Source: Bugula neritina
Taxonomy: Eukaryota; Animalia; Bryozoa
DNA length: 64,000 nt
Direction: 5' to 3'
Assembly (NCBI GenBank): GCA_964035545.1
Contig: OZ037772.1
Span: forward strand, 9,045,150 to 9,109,149
Both the position numbers and the translations under genes were made by a program. Every line of letters starts with the position of its first letter. Position 1 is the stretch's first letter. The notes under the pieces were generated by a model. It did no database searches and had not been told where the DNA came from. It saw only the letters and a list, made by a program, of their open reading frames with translations. Below are positions 12,201 through 27,300 of this stretch, in pieces.

Positions 12201-15200
12201 CTCAGAAAACTCACCTGAGCTTATTTTCTGTACATGGGGTAAGCTAGGGTCTCTCTCACCGACACTTTGTAGAAAGAGGGAAAACGCAGCGGCTACCTTT
12301 TGTATGTGATGTAAAGGACTGTATATCAGCTCATCCAAGAGTAGAATATCCTGAAATATAGACAGTTTACTAAAGTCTTCCAGTATGTATGCAAAGACTA
12401 TCCCATTCACAAAAACATTTTCAAAAGAAATTTGGTAAAAAGTTAACATCAAATAACTTTGCAAATGAAATACAAAAAAAAATTGTTTCTAATATATAAC
12501 TAAACTTTGCTAATTGGTAATTACTAATTCTAAGTTAATATTTACTGTCTTACAATTAAAAGTCAACTTGTATGATTATTTGACTTTGAAGGCTGCATAT
12601 ACATTTCTATTTCAAAACGCTACTTTGAACAAAGATTTATAAGGAAACACAATAAATAAAGTAACTATACAATATCCCAATTATATCTCTCAAATATTGT
12701 TTGATTTTCCATGTTTTTTCCAATTTATTTATGTAATTTGGATTACGGACCGTTCTGAAAAAACCATAACAGTTCGCAATCGAAAGTAGCTGAATGATTA
12801 GGAAAAAACATGGTAAATCAAGCAAAATTAAGAAGAACCTTGATTATTTGGGTGTATTTATTGATATTTTACTAGTTTTGGGCAAAAAACCTTGTTCATT
12901 AGCAGCTAAATTGTAAAAAAATAGCTAAAAACTGGAGATTTTCCATGTGTACTAAATTAAGTAAAATGACCTATGTTCATTATTTTGCAGAATAAGTATT
13001 TTTACAGTATTTATTTGTATTCTAGAGTGAATAAATTGACCTTCATCTTTTATAACACCAGCTTCAACACTTGGTAGTCTAACACATACACCCATCGGCA
13101 GTTATTATTTCATGCCGCTTACTGCTTCCTGACTAACATCCAGTGTTGGTATGGATGCAATTTGCTGCAAATATTGGCTAGGAACCACAAATACACTCAC
13201 TTCTTGTTCGGGACTGGGTACAGAGAGCCCCTCTGCTAACAGTAGCCTCACACCCTCGGCCTTCTCTACACCCTCCACATACTTCAGATAATTCTGCTTC
13301 AGGACCTCAATCTAAAGAAAGGAACAGGATATGAGATTTTCTGTAGATAAACCCATTGTCATGCCTAATGCACCTTGAATGTAGAAAAGTTAATGTTTAT
13401 GAAAAGTTGAAACATGTAAAAGTAGATAAATACGGTTTACATGCAGTAAATAGCGTCAAGGCTTACAGGAACAGTAGTTATCAACACATAATTTTAGATT
13501 TTCAAAGGTCGTTTGCAATTTCGTAGAGACAACCGATTGAAAATGTGCCGAGAAAGTAATCGTATCTTAGACATTCAGAGGAAATTGCCTTCTCCAATCA
13601 ACTGACCACTTGTCAACTCAAAACCCTTAGGATAGACATGTATGTTTACTCAGCTCAGAAAATATAAGACAACACACTTCTGATTGTTTGGATTTGTCAT
13701 ACTAATGTTTTTATGAACCATTTTAGCCAGTCTACAACTTACTACCCCCTTACTGGTTTGTGAAAACTAAGGCTAAATATCTCTGAGAAACTGAGGCTAA
13801 ATATCTTACTCTCGGCAAGTAGATCTCTGGAGCTGTGGCTATCATCTTCTTGTCGGCTTGTCTCACCACAATCTCCAGTTTAGCAGCAAAATATCGGGAC
13901 ATGGAGATGAGCTGAAAAAGAGAGGGCAACTCCAGTGAGTTGCATAAACAAGACTGAGTATAGAAAGTGTGTGGGTGTGCGTGCTGATGAGGGTGTGTGC
14001 GTCTGTGTGCGTTGTTAAGTCAACATTATTATAAAAAGTTTGATCTCTATCGATTGAAACATTAAAAACATATTCACAAAAAATTCTTTCAGCTGATTGA
14101 AATTTTGTGATATTATGAATTATAGAATAGAGCTTAAAAACTCAAGTTATTGGAGAAGTACCTAGTATTTATTACCTACTTTATTCGGCTTACATAAAAT
14201 CAGTTGACAAGGTAATGAACTGCACTAAACACAAACCCCGAACCCACCATATCTATGTTCTGGAAGAGAGTAGCCATATTGTCCTCATCAAGTTGGCCGG
14301 ACTGTTGTAACTGACTGACATAGTAACATCTACTCCTCTCCATTGTATCACAGAATTCCCCTTCTATCTCGTGTAGATATGCCACCATCTTGAGGGCCTT
14401 CTGCAGAGACAAACGGGAGAACCTTATGTGCACATCTGACACCATACTGTTGATACTCTACTTACACTGTTGATACTCTACTTACACTGTTGATACTCTA
14501 CTTACACTGTTGATACTCTACTTACACTGTTGACACTATACTTACACTGTTGATACTCTACTTACACTGTTGATACTCTACTTACACTGTTGATACTCTA
14601 CTTACACTGTTGATACTCTACTTACACTGTTGACACTATACTTACACTGTTGATACTCTACTTACACAGCTGACACCATACTGTTGATACTCTACTTACA
14701 CTGTTGATACTCTACTTACACTGTTGATACTCTACTTACACTGTTGATACTCTACTTACACTGTTGACACTATACTTACACTGTTGACACTACACTCAAT
14801 TACCTAATTAGCATCATATCACTTTTTAAGAACGCACATTTCCCGACAGCCACACCTTCTGACCTTTTTACTTTCTCTCATCTATTGGCATACCCATCCC
14901 TCAGGTGTGGCAAACCTTACCTGAATCAACACTCTTATTTCTACACCTGGTTCCAGACCATTCCCTGGTACTACACCACATACCTTCACCAAATACATAC
15001 CCTAATATCCACACTCTTGAAAAATACCTCTTATAAACATTACATCTTATGTACCACTACATCTCTGAACTTCATACTAGATGTGTGTGCGCTTTTACCT
15101 ACAACCTTTAAAGTTTAGCTGAAACTAAGACTAGAAAGGTATACTTTTTACTTGCGTGAGTTTCTTTAGCTAGAAACTAAACTTCTAACCTGATGTCACA

Positions 15201-18200
15201 CCCTCCCTCCCCCCCCCCCCCCCTGTACTTAGTGCTGTATCCGTACCTTTTCACTGACAGTGGCCCCGTCTGCCACTCCATCTCTCCGCCCCTTTGCTTT
15301 CCTCTCCTTACACTGCTGCTTGTATTTCTTTCTGGCAGAGCCAAGTCCCGACAGCTTACTGCCAGAACGCTTCACGGGGGTTTTACACGGTGTCTGTCTG
15401 TCCATCCGCTGACTTCCTGTGCGCTGAACTCGCTGCGTGGAGACTTCACGCCACACGACCACTTCCATAGTCTTCTGCTGATGTCTGGAAGAAAAGATGA
15501 GAGAATGAGTAACATGTGGGAAATTCAATACAACCATTTCTGATTTGTCTGTGGTGAATGGCAAATGCTGCAATACTGCATCAACAACTGATAAAACAAT
15601 TAGTTTTTATATCAACTAAACATTGAATTTGAGATTAACTATCAATTATCACACCTCATGGACATATGTAAAGAGATCTGTATTTCTGAGAAAGTTTTAA
15701 AATTTAATTTATTTTAAAATTAATTTACGGCTTCTAAAATTGGCATGGTCAACACACTTTTCAAATGAAATGCTCTTTAAAATAAATGACATGAATTTAA
15801 CAGCAAGGAGTACTAAACATAACCAAGGCTATAAATTCTTCATTGTTATTTGCACATCGTCACAAAGTTCGTATACAGCATGTCTTTTGGAAATATCTGT
15901 TGTCCAAACAAGTAATAAAAATTCAGGCTAACATCTACAGAGTATAATATATATAGTGCTACCTCCGTATCTCTCGAACCCATTTCTCACAAAATTCTAT
16001 CCGTCATGAGAAGGGCTTGAACCCCCTGTTTTCTTGCTTATGTATGTGTGTATAGGAACAAAATAGTCGAATTTAACAAATCCGTGAGATAAATAAAATA
16101 TTCTACTGTCAGGAATTAAGGTTTCGGGATCCACAGTTTAGTGAGATACGGAAGGAGCATTGTAAGCGCTTATGGAGTAGAACTGTGACACATATCCTAT
16201 ATAAAACTGTAAGTTTACAAGGGCTAGGAGCCAGTTACTACCTGATTATGGCGGCCAGCTGCTGAGTGCTGGTGTTGATTACATCCTCCTTCTCCACCTC
16301 CACTATTCTGTCGTTCTCCTGAAGCCCGGCCTTCTCTGCAGAGGACCCCGCCTCCACCTGACACACCCCCACAGGTGAGTCATCAGTAAGAGAAAAACCA
16401 AACCCATTCGTTCCTCGACATATCTTAAACTGCAACAGTGAGACTTGCTAAATTATTTCCAAGTAAAATGTGAAATGCTGTTTAAGATCTAGTACCCCTG
16501 CAACTGGTCACCCAAAGTGACCAGTTGCAGGGGTACTAGAAGAAACATTTCACGACAAATTTAAAAGAATAAAACAGGAAAAATAGAAAACTTATTTGCT
16601 TATTTGCCAGTGAGTAATAAAATGTTGAAATTCAATAATCAACAATAAAACCAATTACAAAAACTTTAGCACTGGGCCCATTGTTACTACTTGTAAAGAG
16701 AAGGATTCTTTCTATAACCATCTGGTCACAATCTTTCACTATGACTAGCTACTTACAGTTTCACTATGACTAGCTACCCAAAGCTTTAGTATGACTAACT
16801 ACTCAGTATTACCGCGACTAGTCACCCAAAGTGACTCAGTATCAGTCACTCTTCACTCACCAATAGCGGAGTGTACTTCTTCCCTCCACTATTCAGCTTA
16901 GCCCAGGCCGCTTGGGAGTCGGAACTCGATTGGCTGGAGTCTGGTGACATCATCAAATGTGATTTTGATTGCTTCTTAATTCTCCGGAGTGACTTGTGTT
17001 GCTTGACGGGACGATTCCCCACTTTGATCAATCCTTCAGAGGTTTTCTAGAAAGTTCCACTCAAGTTAATATGCGATTTTCATATTTTAGTTTATTTCCA
17101 ACTAATTTTACCAGCTTTAGCTCAACACCTTATAATAAAAAAGAACATTCTAGTGAATTTAACTTCATATGTTTGCTATTGGCTGGACAGAGATGACTAG
17201 CAAATATATTTACACAAAAATATTCAGTGTTTCGCCTCAAATGTTTTTTTTTCATAAAAAAGGGACTTGTAAGATAGTGAAAGGTTGAACTCAAATACCC
17301 TGTAGTTTTAGAGCTTTGAATTATGCGAATGGATTTTTCATTTGATGTTTGTACACAAATGCATCGAATGAAATCACAACTATAAGTTAATGCAAACTGC
17401 AACCACAAATTCATCCTTACGAGAACCAGTGGATCCATTTGAAACAATGGAAATGCAGTGATCGAGATTTTATTCAAGCATAAATTTGAGCAAGGCATAT
17501 GAAATATTATCTGTTCCAGTAAATCAAAATAAAATTCAAGCAATTTCTTATGCTTATTTCATTGTTCAAATATTAATTCAACAGGTCATGAAATACATTA
17601 TAACATTTCAATAAATCAGATAGTCTATATAATAAACATGTTCTGTTGGGGAAATCTTAGAAAAAAAGGCGAATTCAGGCACATTTTCTATTTTTCATGT
17701 TGCTTACCTTGTAGAGTGTATCACCCTTGTAGGCGTACATACTCCTGGCACTGCTGCCTCGGATGCTTCCACTTCTAATGCTGCCGCTCCTAACGCTCTC
17801 CCTGGCGCTGCCAATGGTGCTGCTTCGAGTACTACTCTGCACCGACCTCAAGTCGTCAAGTAAGCTTGAACGGCTCGAGGAGCAACTGGAGTCATGTGAC
17901 CCCGTGACGCTGACGGGCTGATCAAATCTGGCTAGCTCCTGAATGATGGGAGAAGACAACTTAAAATTAGAAATTCAGTGATTCAGACTCTTTTACAGTA
18001 AACTATTATACAAACCAGGCACTGCTGCATCTCTTTTATTCTACTAAATTCTATTGATTCGATGTAATTTTATTATATTATAACTTTATTACATTATCAC
18101 ATTATATTATATTATAGTGTCACATTTTAATCGCATTACATAATTATATTATATTATATATAAGTTGATTATATTATATTTATCTACAGCCGTAATGATT

Positions 18201-20698
18201 GGCAGATCAATTTAGGCCAACATCCAATAAAATAACAAAAAACGTCATTCACCGATTTTTCACAGGCACATAAAATCATCTACGGTAAGAAGATTTAAAC
18301 AATTTTACGACAAAAATTTAGGCAAAACCAGATAAATAAAATAGTATGGTAGAATATTGGCATAAGAGATGCAAACTAGTTCAAATTCCTTTAAGGTTTT
18401 TAACTTTAGAAGAGCAGAAAATATGTTTTTCAAGATAATCAAAAAACGTCAATTTATATATTTCTATACAGCCTTCTAGCATTTAAATGGGCATTTTATT
18501 TACTCATCTGTTACGGGTAGGCAACTACTAAATACACTCAATATATGCTACAATCATGCAGGCTTGCATTTATTAACATTTACTAGTCTTTAAACGCGAC
18601 AAAATTGGGTGATACTATTCTTATATTCAATTTAAAATGAACTTATTACAGTGCTCCCTCCGTATCTCACGGTTTCCTTCTCAAGAAATTCTGTAGGTCA
18701 CTAGAAGGGATTGTACCTCTGTTTTGTGGCTTACGTATGTGTGTATAAGGACAAAGTGGCCGAACTTAATGGATTCGTGAGTTAAATCTGGTATTCTACT
18801 ATGTTACGAATTGAGGTTTTGGGACCCGCAGCTTAATGAGATACAGAAGGAGTGCTGTAATAAGGTAATTTTACTTAATTTAGTACACATTATTTATCTC
18901 TAGTTTTTACCTATTTTTCACAGTCTAGCAGCCAATGTATGCAGTCTCTTGCGTTAAACTGATGAAATATTAATAAATACAGCTGAATATTCAAGTTCTT
19001 TTCTAATTTTGCTTGATTTCCAATGTTTTTTCCTGTTCTTTTAGTAAATTTGAGTGAAACAATCAATTTGGCATGATGAGAAAAACATTGACAAACAAAC
19101 TTTTCAGACGTGATATAGAGGCAGCAGCATGATGCTGACCTGCATGTTCATGTAGAGGTGCTCCTCGCTGCCGACATCCCGTCTAGCCGGCAGCTTGTAG
19201 AGAGACTGAGAGGGCTGCTTGTATCCCCTGTCCAGGGAACCAGTATTATCTACTAAATAATTATATGGAACATGAGTTGTAGGAGAGAAACCAGTTTGGA
19301 GTTTTCTCCTCATTAGAACACAATGTATAGACTGCAGAAAGATAAAGATTTAGGAGTAAGATAGCCTAATAGACACATGCTTTGCATAATAGTATAGCAT
19401 TGGGTAACAATATTACATAACAGAACGTGTTTCTGGAAAGCAATCATGTGTGATCAAGAAAAAAATGAGTAAAACCTTCAAAAACCCATCTAGTGCAACA
19501 CAATGGCACAGAGCAAACATAATGTGTTTTAGCTAGAACGGTTTTTACTATGTTCATCTAATTTATTGTGACAAACTTATGTGGCATACCTTAAAAAGAA
19601 AGGCAACTCCAATAGTATGAAAGTTTGGAAATTTATCTATGCTTAAGCAAAACCCTTGTATAAGCCACCCTGGCCTACCATGCATGTATCATTACTTAAA
19701 CTAATAAGTAATGATACATTTCCCATAATGCACTAACTCCATACCAGATGTGGTGTAAGTTCCGTAGTTCCCAGCCGTATGATAAATTCTCTCACTTTCA
19801 GTGTACACATCTCCTTGTGTGTTCCAACACTGACCGACACCTGTCATAGCTGCCATTGGCACTGGGGGAGGTCGACTATCTGGAGCAGGTGCCCTGGAGG
19901 AACGCCGACTGTCCGCAGCAGGTGCTCTTGAGGAAGGACGTGTATGCGGTGACCGTGTCCTTGAGGAAGGTCGATCACGTGAGGAAGGCTGACTATCACA
20001 AGGAGGTGCCTTTGAGGCTCTGAGCTTTCGGACTCGACTTCTCGAATAAGTCTCTACACAAATCACGCAACAGGATGTAAATTTTTGACACCCGTTGGCT
20101 GGCGGCATCTTTAGAAATTTTATGATTCGCTAATTCAGTTGAACATAATAAAAAACTGAAGCCTGTGCACCCAGAGGGTAGCCTGTGATAAACATGAGAA
20201 CAACTCAGCTCAACAAATGTATTGATGCATAATAATTGATAGAAAAATATCCAAAGCGTTATACCTAAAACTCTTACATGTTAGCTTTGCAATCATCAAC
20301 AGTTTTCAGCAGACACTTGAGGATTACATTCAGTATTTTAGCCTAAGTACCTAGTCTGTAACACGGGTGGTAGCCCTACCTGTGCCATGAACACCCGGCC
20401 TGTCAGGGAGATTGTGAGGTTGCAGACTACTCAGGGGAAACCTCCTGGGCTGCTTGTAGTGCGTCTCAGTTGTGTTCTGGTAGAGCATCTCTTCTGACTG
20501 GAGTCGTCTTCCAGTTGGCGGGTCTGACGGGGAACCGCACTGCAGTGACTTGCTCATCCCGAGGTGTTCCTCCAGCAGGTAGTACCAACCTAGAGTAGAA
20601 GTAGTGGTAGTAGTAGTAGTAGTAGTAGCAGCAGTAGTAGTAGTAGTAGTGGTAGTAGTAGTAGTAGTAGCAGTAGTAGTAGTAGTAGTAGTAGTAGC

Positions 20699-20733
<35 letters not shown>

Positions 20734-20878
20734 CAGTAGTAGTATTAGTAGTAGTAGCAGCAGTAGTCGTAGTAGTAGTAGTGGGAGTAGTAGTAGCAGT
20801 GGTAGTAGTAGCAGTAGCAGTAGTAGTAGTAGTAGTAGTAGTAGCAGTAGTAGCAGTAGTAGTAGTAGTAGTAGTAGC

Positions 20879-20913
<35 letters not shown>

Positions 20914-21097
20914 CAGCAGTAGTAGTAGTAGTAGTGGGAGTAGTAGTGGTAGTAGTAGCAGTAGCAGTAGTAGTAGCAGTAGTAGTAGTAGTAGTAATAG
21001 TAGCAGTAGTAGCAGCAGTAGCAGTAGTAGTAGCAGTAGCAGTAGTAGTAGTAGTAGTAGCAGTAGTAGTAGCAGCAGTAGTAGTAGCAGCAGCAGC

Positions 21098-21138
<41 letters not shown>

Positions 21139-21282
21139 CAGCAGTAGTAGTAGCAGCAGTAGTAGTAGCAGCAGTAGCAGTAGTAGTAGTAGTAGCAGCA
21201 GTAGTAGTAGCAGCAGTAGCAGTAGTAGTAGTAGTAGTAGTAGTAGTAGCAGTAGTGATAGTAGCAGTAGTAGTAGTAGTAA

Positions 21283-21327
<45 letters not shown>

Positions 21328-24300
21328 CAGTAATAGTAGTAGGATTAGTACTAGTACTACTATGAATTAGTGACTCACCAGAGAAGGGTTGGGTGAGACA
21401 CTGCTTTAGAGAAAAACTCATGGCTCCAATCAACTCCATAGACCTGAAAGTGAAGTCACACTCAGTATATTCACATCGACTACACAAACAATGAATTACT
21501 AAAGTTTCAAGTTTTGAATAGCTGAAGGGATGATGCTTGAGACTGACTATAACACAGGAGTAGATCTATAATTTACTCTACTGTTGCTATACATGTATAT
21601 TAAAAATACTACAAGTAGAATTGTTTTTAGTTGTCCTAAAATGTTTTTTGCTAGGAACATCTAAATTTAAAGACTTGAGGAAGCAGCATTTGCTTTGAAC
21701 TAATGAACGTGAAATTCAAAGTAATTGAAAAGTTTACAAGTTTTTCTTTCGAATAATAAACACATTTGCTTGGCAAAGGCATTTGTACCTCTGCAGTGAA
21801 AATTAATTTTATTTAAAATTAGTAACTTTGTAAAACCGATACTGTTAAGAATAATCTTTTAAAAAAAAATTAAACAAATGAGAAAATAACGTAGAAAAAA
21901 AAACATTTCTTTTAGCTTAGTGGAAAACCTTTCCTTTTAGAATAAAATTTCTGAAGGAAGACAAAATCTTATTGAAAATCTGCTTCAGCTGATCACTGAA
22001 AGTAGTTATTAACTCGCACGATTGCAGACACCAAACATCTGCTCAGAGAATAACGTGTCTCGGATCATTCCGGAATGTATTGTTGTGAAGAGTCAACTTC
22101 ATCAACATCAAGGGGCACGGCTCACACTCTGCACTCACTCACGGCAGACATCTTTAATTATTAGATAAAAGAAGATTCGCAGAGTGCTCATTAGTTGGGT
22201 CACTTAATTCAGTCTAATCAATGGTTATGTAATAATGGCACGGAATTAGCTGGCCTGCCAGAGATTTGATCAACAGACCAGAAATTATAGTTATCTGCTA
22301 CCTGAACAGGACAAAGCAGAGGTAGGCGAGAATAGGTGAGAGTTGTATTTATTCTGCTTGCTTGGCGATCCATTGAGTTAACTTCAACCAGGTGAATGGG
22401 ACTTATATAGTAGAATAATTCCTTTCTCACAATTGGATGGATATTTGAAAATATTGCAACTATTTATAGTGAAAATTTGGGCCTATGCCTGGGGACTCAA
22501 GCTCTCCATAAAAATATACTTTCATATACTGTATGCCGTTGATTCTGTTTCTATCACCAGAAATACAGTATATATTTTTGAATATTAAATGACAACAATA
22601 AGGTTGAACACAATTTCTTTCTTAATATGAAAACCCAACAGCGTATATTATATATATTTAGAATTTTGCCACATTTTTGTGCCTAATATAGTATTCCATG
22701 ACCTAGCATTAGCTCTACTGGGTATAGCCCCAGTTCTAGTGAACACGGCATTAGTTTTAGTGGGTATAGTTATAGTGAGCACGGGCTATTTGTAAATGTT
22801 CCAGTAGAACTTAACCAATCAAATAGAACATAATAAATTCAGATAAAGTAAAACATTTACATTTTAAACCCATTGGCATAACTTCTAAGTTACTATGAGC
22901 AGTATGCATTAAGTACATATAAGAGCCGTAGTGGAAAATATGATATAGCCTAAGTTCTTTAATTTTCTTAACATGTTTTATTCTGAGGTGGTTTGAAATT
23001 CCTCGGAAGAGCACAACTTCTTTTGCTACATTTATAATCTAGAACACAGGCTTTTCTCAATTTCTCCATTGCTGTGCCTACCATATTAAGTGGGTGTAGT
23101 TTAGCTTACAGTATTTGGATGATCAACTATTCCCCAAAAGTTATTCTCAAGAGAACAAAAAGTAAATAATAACATGTAAACAAAGATATTGACTATCATT
23201 ACCTTCAGTTACACAAATACAATGGCTGAAACACAACAAAAGCCCAAAGACCACAGGAATGCATGCACTGTTTAGGGAAAGGCCCACCAAGCCCCTTGTT
23301 TGACCAAATTGACTTTGGAACCACAAGATAATTAATGAATTGGGGATATTGTTCAAAGAAATTAAGCAAACAACCTCAGTTGACACATAATCTATAAACC
23401 AAGTGGTAGACAATGTGTATGGTGAAGTCACAGGACCCTTGCAGTGTTGACAGTTATATGAAAAGTCACACAGCTTCAATACTAGATATTCAGTTAAATA
23501 ATGTAAATCAGTGTTCTTAGAAGCAGTAGAAGTGGAGGAATTACTGTACAAGCAGTGTGTGAAACTTATATTTATATTCCACTGTGATTTAGAAGTATGG
23601 AGAGATTGAGAAAAGCTAGTTTTCTATACATGAGAAATGTACTAGAAGTTATGTTCTCTCAACAGTTTCATCAGCCACTGAAAACTCACTAGATAATCTT
23701 GAAATTCGAAAATACATGTTGAAACTGTCAAAGTTTCCTCATTTTCTATTGCTGCATACAAGCATGGAAAAAGATTCATGCATAATTGTTTTATGTATAT
23801 AACTTGACCTAAAACTTTCAAAAGAATAAAATCTATAATTTTGAAAACCTAGTTGCTGCTTTTATCAAAATCACACCAATTGCTGATTGTTTATTATTTG
23901 AAACCAACCATTGCCCATTTTCTACACAGCAAAGTGCCTCTCTAAAAGCAATGGTTGAAACCTTTCTCAAGACAACCCCAAATGCGTATTCAATTTGGAA
24001 CATAATAATAACTAGGTGAATCATTTTGATTCTAGTATGACTCAGTAGCGACACTCACTTTCTGTCAGATTGTTTGCACCAGACCGCAACGAACAGACGA
24101 CTCCTACCAGTTCTCCTTCCAATATCTCTGCAAACACCCGTTCACATATTCATTCATAAGGCAAGAGATTCAAATCAAAATACCAAACTTTGAGAAGTGC
24201 GTCCATCAAAATTGGCAACCTGCCAATTAAACTAAAGGACAGAAATAGAAAATAAAATATCATTAAAACTTTAAGCAAAAAGATTTGCTGTTTTCAAAAG

Positions 24301-27300
24301 AGAAATTAAAGATACAATAATTAATAGATTAGGAATATTCTATTAAATTAAAAATTACAGTGCTCTCTCTCTGTATCTCACTATACTCACGATTAGCGAC
24401 ATAGCAGAATACCAGATTTAACCAACGGATCCATTATATTCGGCCATTTTGTCCCTACACATACATAAGCCACAAAACAGAGGTCCGAGCCCTTCTCGTT
24501 ACTTATGGAATTTCGTGAGAAATAGCACTGTGAGATACAGAGGGAGCACTGTATTTGAATTTAGGTCGGTCATTGATCTCTACGAGTATTCTTACACTGT
24601 GAGTATCTCATTAAAGGAGGGATTATTGGAGCAGACAACCGTAGAGGTCTGTGGGTTCCGGCGGCAGCCATCTGTGACTGGTATGAGACCGGCAGCGACT
24701 GTGGCGTTGGCAAAGGGGAGAGAACTCTTCAAATAGGCAGCTTTCACCACTAGAGGATAGATATACCATTGCTAATATATAGAACAGAGCAGCTGGTTTC
24801 TAGTATACAGGGCAATTTTAGGTAATAATGGCACAGGTAATAATGACACAGGTAATAATGGCACAGGCAATAATGGCACAGGTAACAATGGCACAGGTAA
24901 TAAATTGCACAGGTAATAATGACACAGGCAATAATGGCACAGGTAATAAATAGAAAAGTAGATAAAAATGGCATACTGATGTTAAATTCGCCCAAAGTGG
25001 AACCTCAACCACAAATCCCAATATTGAAACCGTGCCATTTTCACCTAATTTTCCATTTGGGCTATTTATTACCTGCGTCATTATTACCTGTGCTATTTAT
25101 TACCTAAAATAACTTTTAAGTCAGTTTTTTGCCATATTGACATATTGAGATTCACTATTTTTAACTAATAAATACAGCTCAAAAAGTAATAATAGTACTT
25201 CAGTCAAGATTGATCATGTATTTTCTCCTTTCCATGCCATGAAAATAGTTTTCAATTTATATTAAGTCTTTATTAAATTTATGTATAAAAATGCTAAGTG
25301 ATAGAAAACTTTAAATTTGGAAACATGGAGGATTAGAAATACTGATGTGACGTCATCAAGGTTTGGTTTGATGCTGCAAGTTGTACCTGCAGAATGCTAG
25401 TAGAAAAATAACAAAGGATAACTTCACATGGAAACAGAACAAAAAGTTGTTTAATTCAGAGTGTTTATTGCTGTAAGCAAAACGTAACAGATGTCCAGTA
25501 TACCCTTCACACACATAGAAGGTATGAGTAGAGGTCTACACTTGATAAAACTAACACTTGTTGATAGTGGCAGTTGGTGTGGAAATATCAATGACAAAGA
25601 TTTTAGGAATGTTGAGCTTAGCATCATACTACTAATTAATAGTGACTAGCTACTCATAGCTGTGCACTTAATTACTCACTTACTCATTCACTCTCACTCA
25701 GCCACTCACTTACTACTCACTCAATTACTAATTCACTGACACTCGCACTCACTCACTCAGTCACACACTCACTCACTCTCAGTTACTCACTCATTCACTC
25801 ACTTACACACTCTCAGTTAATCACTTACTCATTCACTCACTCACACACACTCATTTTCAGTTACTCACTCACTCACTCACACACTCTCAGTCACTCACTC
25901 AGTTACTCACTCACTCACTCACACACTCTCAGTCACTCACTCAGTTACTCACTCACTCAGTGACTCACCATGTACTGATATGGTAGTCTCATTGTCAGCG
26001 CGGACAGACAGCTGGATCTGACCTACAAAATAATATTCTTAAAATATTTATGAAAGGACAAAGCAAAACGGACACAAATGCAAGAGGCAGGTGCTAATTT
26101 GAATAATAAATATTTTTTCCTTTTTTTTCAGCAACCAGCAAGTGTTGCAAGAAACACAGGCAGTTCTGCAAATGACACAGCACTCTCAGGGGCCCCTACC
26201 CCATATCCCTAGAGTAATAAAATCATATCCACAGGCTAAATTTCACATCATAGTCATTGAAGTCCCTCAATAAGTAAATAATTTTCTTTGTTCTAACTTT
26301 GCATGATAACAAATTATATGACTATAACTATGTGTAATAACAGATGGGAAGTTGCCTTATCAGGTATCAAGTTTGTAAACAGAGGGAAAGTTACTATATC
26401 TATGAGCTAGGAAAGTGCTTTATATTAACCACTCATTCATTTTCAGATTTTTAAGATGAACTGAAAGAGACATAAATACCAGACTAATACACTGCTGTGA
26501 TTTTACACACAGTTATTAGAGAAAAAACTAGAAAGATAACATTATATGCAACTGGAACAGCTTAATATTTCATCTTCACTTGGTAGCTGATTGCTCGGCA
26601 GATAAACTTTAAATTTACAAATTAGGTTTAGGTTGACCTCCCTCATAATATTACCTCTCAAAATAAAGAAATCTGGCTTTTAATAAAGATATATAATATT
26701 TAATCTATCACTATGGCCATATCATTTTAGAGCTAGAAAAGAGCAAAAATGCATCATCTACTTTTAGAGTTAGTACCATAATATTATAATATTACTTTTT
26801 ACTTAATTTTTTGATTCAATGATGGACAATCTTGGTAGAGATGTGTTTTCAAAGTATGCTACATAGTAAGCCATATATCACCATTGACTATAAATAAATG
26901 ATGAAATAATTACTCTAATAAACAAAGAGTAGAAGAAATTTAGAAAAGCTTGCGTTCTAGATTTGATAGGTAGAAAAATAAATTATGTTTCCCTAAGAAT
27001 TTAAACATGCGTCACAAAATTTGTTAAAAAATAAAAAAAAACTCAATTCATTGCAATTTTCTCTACGTACTATTGGCTATTGCACCTAAATGTCTAGACC
27101 CCAAATTCAACAAAGAAATATTTACTTTGATATATAGCAAAGATTATAGAGGGAGTGCTATGGAAAACTGTTGAAAGGTAAACATTACCATCTCATTAAT
27201 TCAAAGTTAGATTAAACAAGGATATTCCTATTACAAAGTATCAGTCAAATAAGACTTGTATAAAATTAAATTGAGTTTTTTAAATTTGAATTGCAAACAA

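Noticed and set aside
14446-14793. CRISPR-like regular repeats
   Set aside because: Head-to-tail units without unique spacers in a eukaryotic intron; this is a minisatellite.
20604-21365. 253-aa poly-Val ORF and 378-aa poly-Thr ORF
   Set aside because: Translations of an intronic microsatellite; only the flanking exons are supported as coding.
22075-22088. CATTCCGGAATG palindromic TEAD-like site
   Set aside because: A single short motif with no conservation evidence available.
24750-25107. Cys-rich repetitive ORFs
   Set aside because: Translations of the 17-bp tandem units in a MITE.
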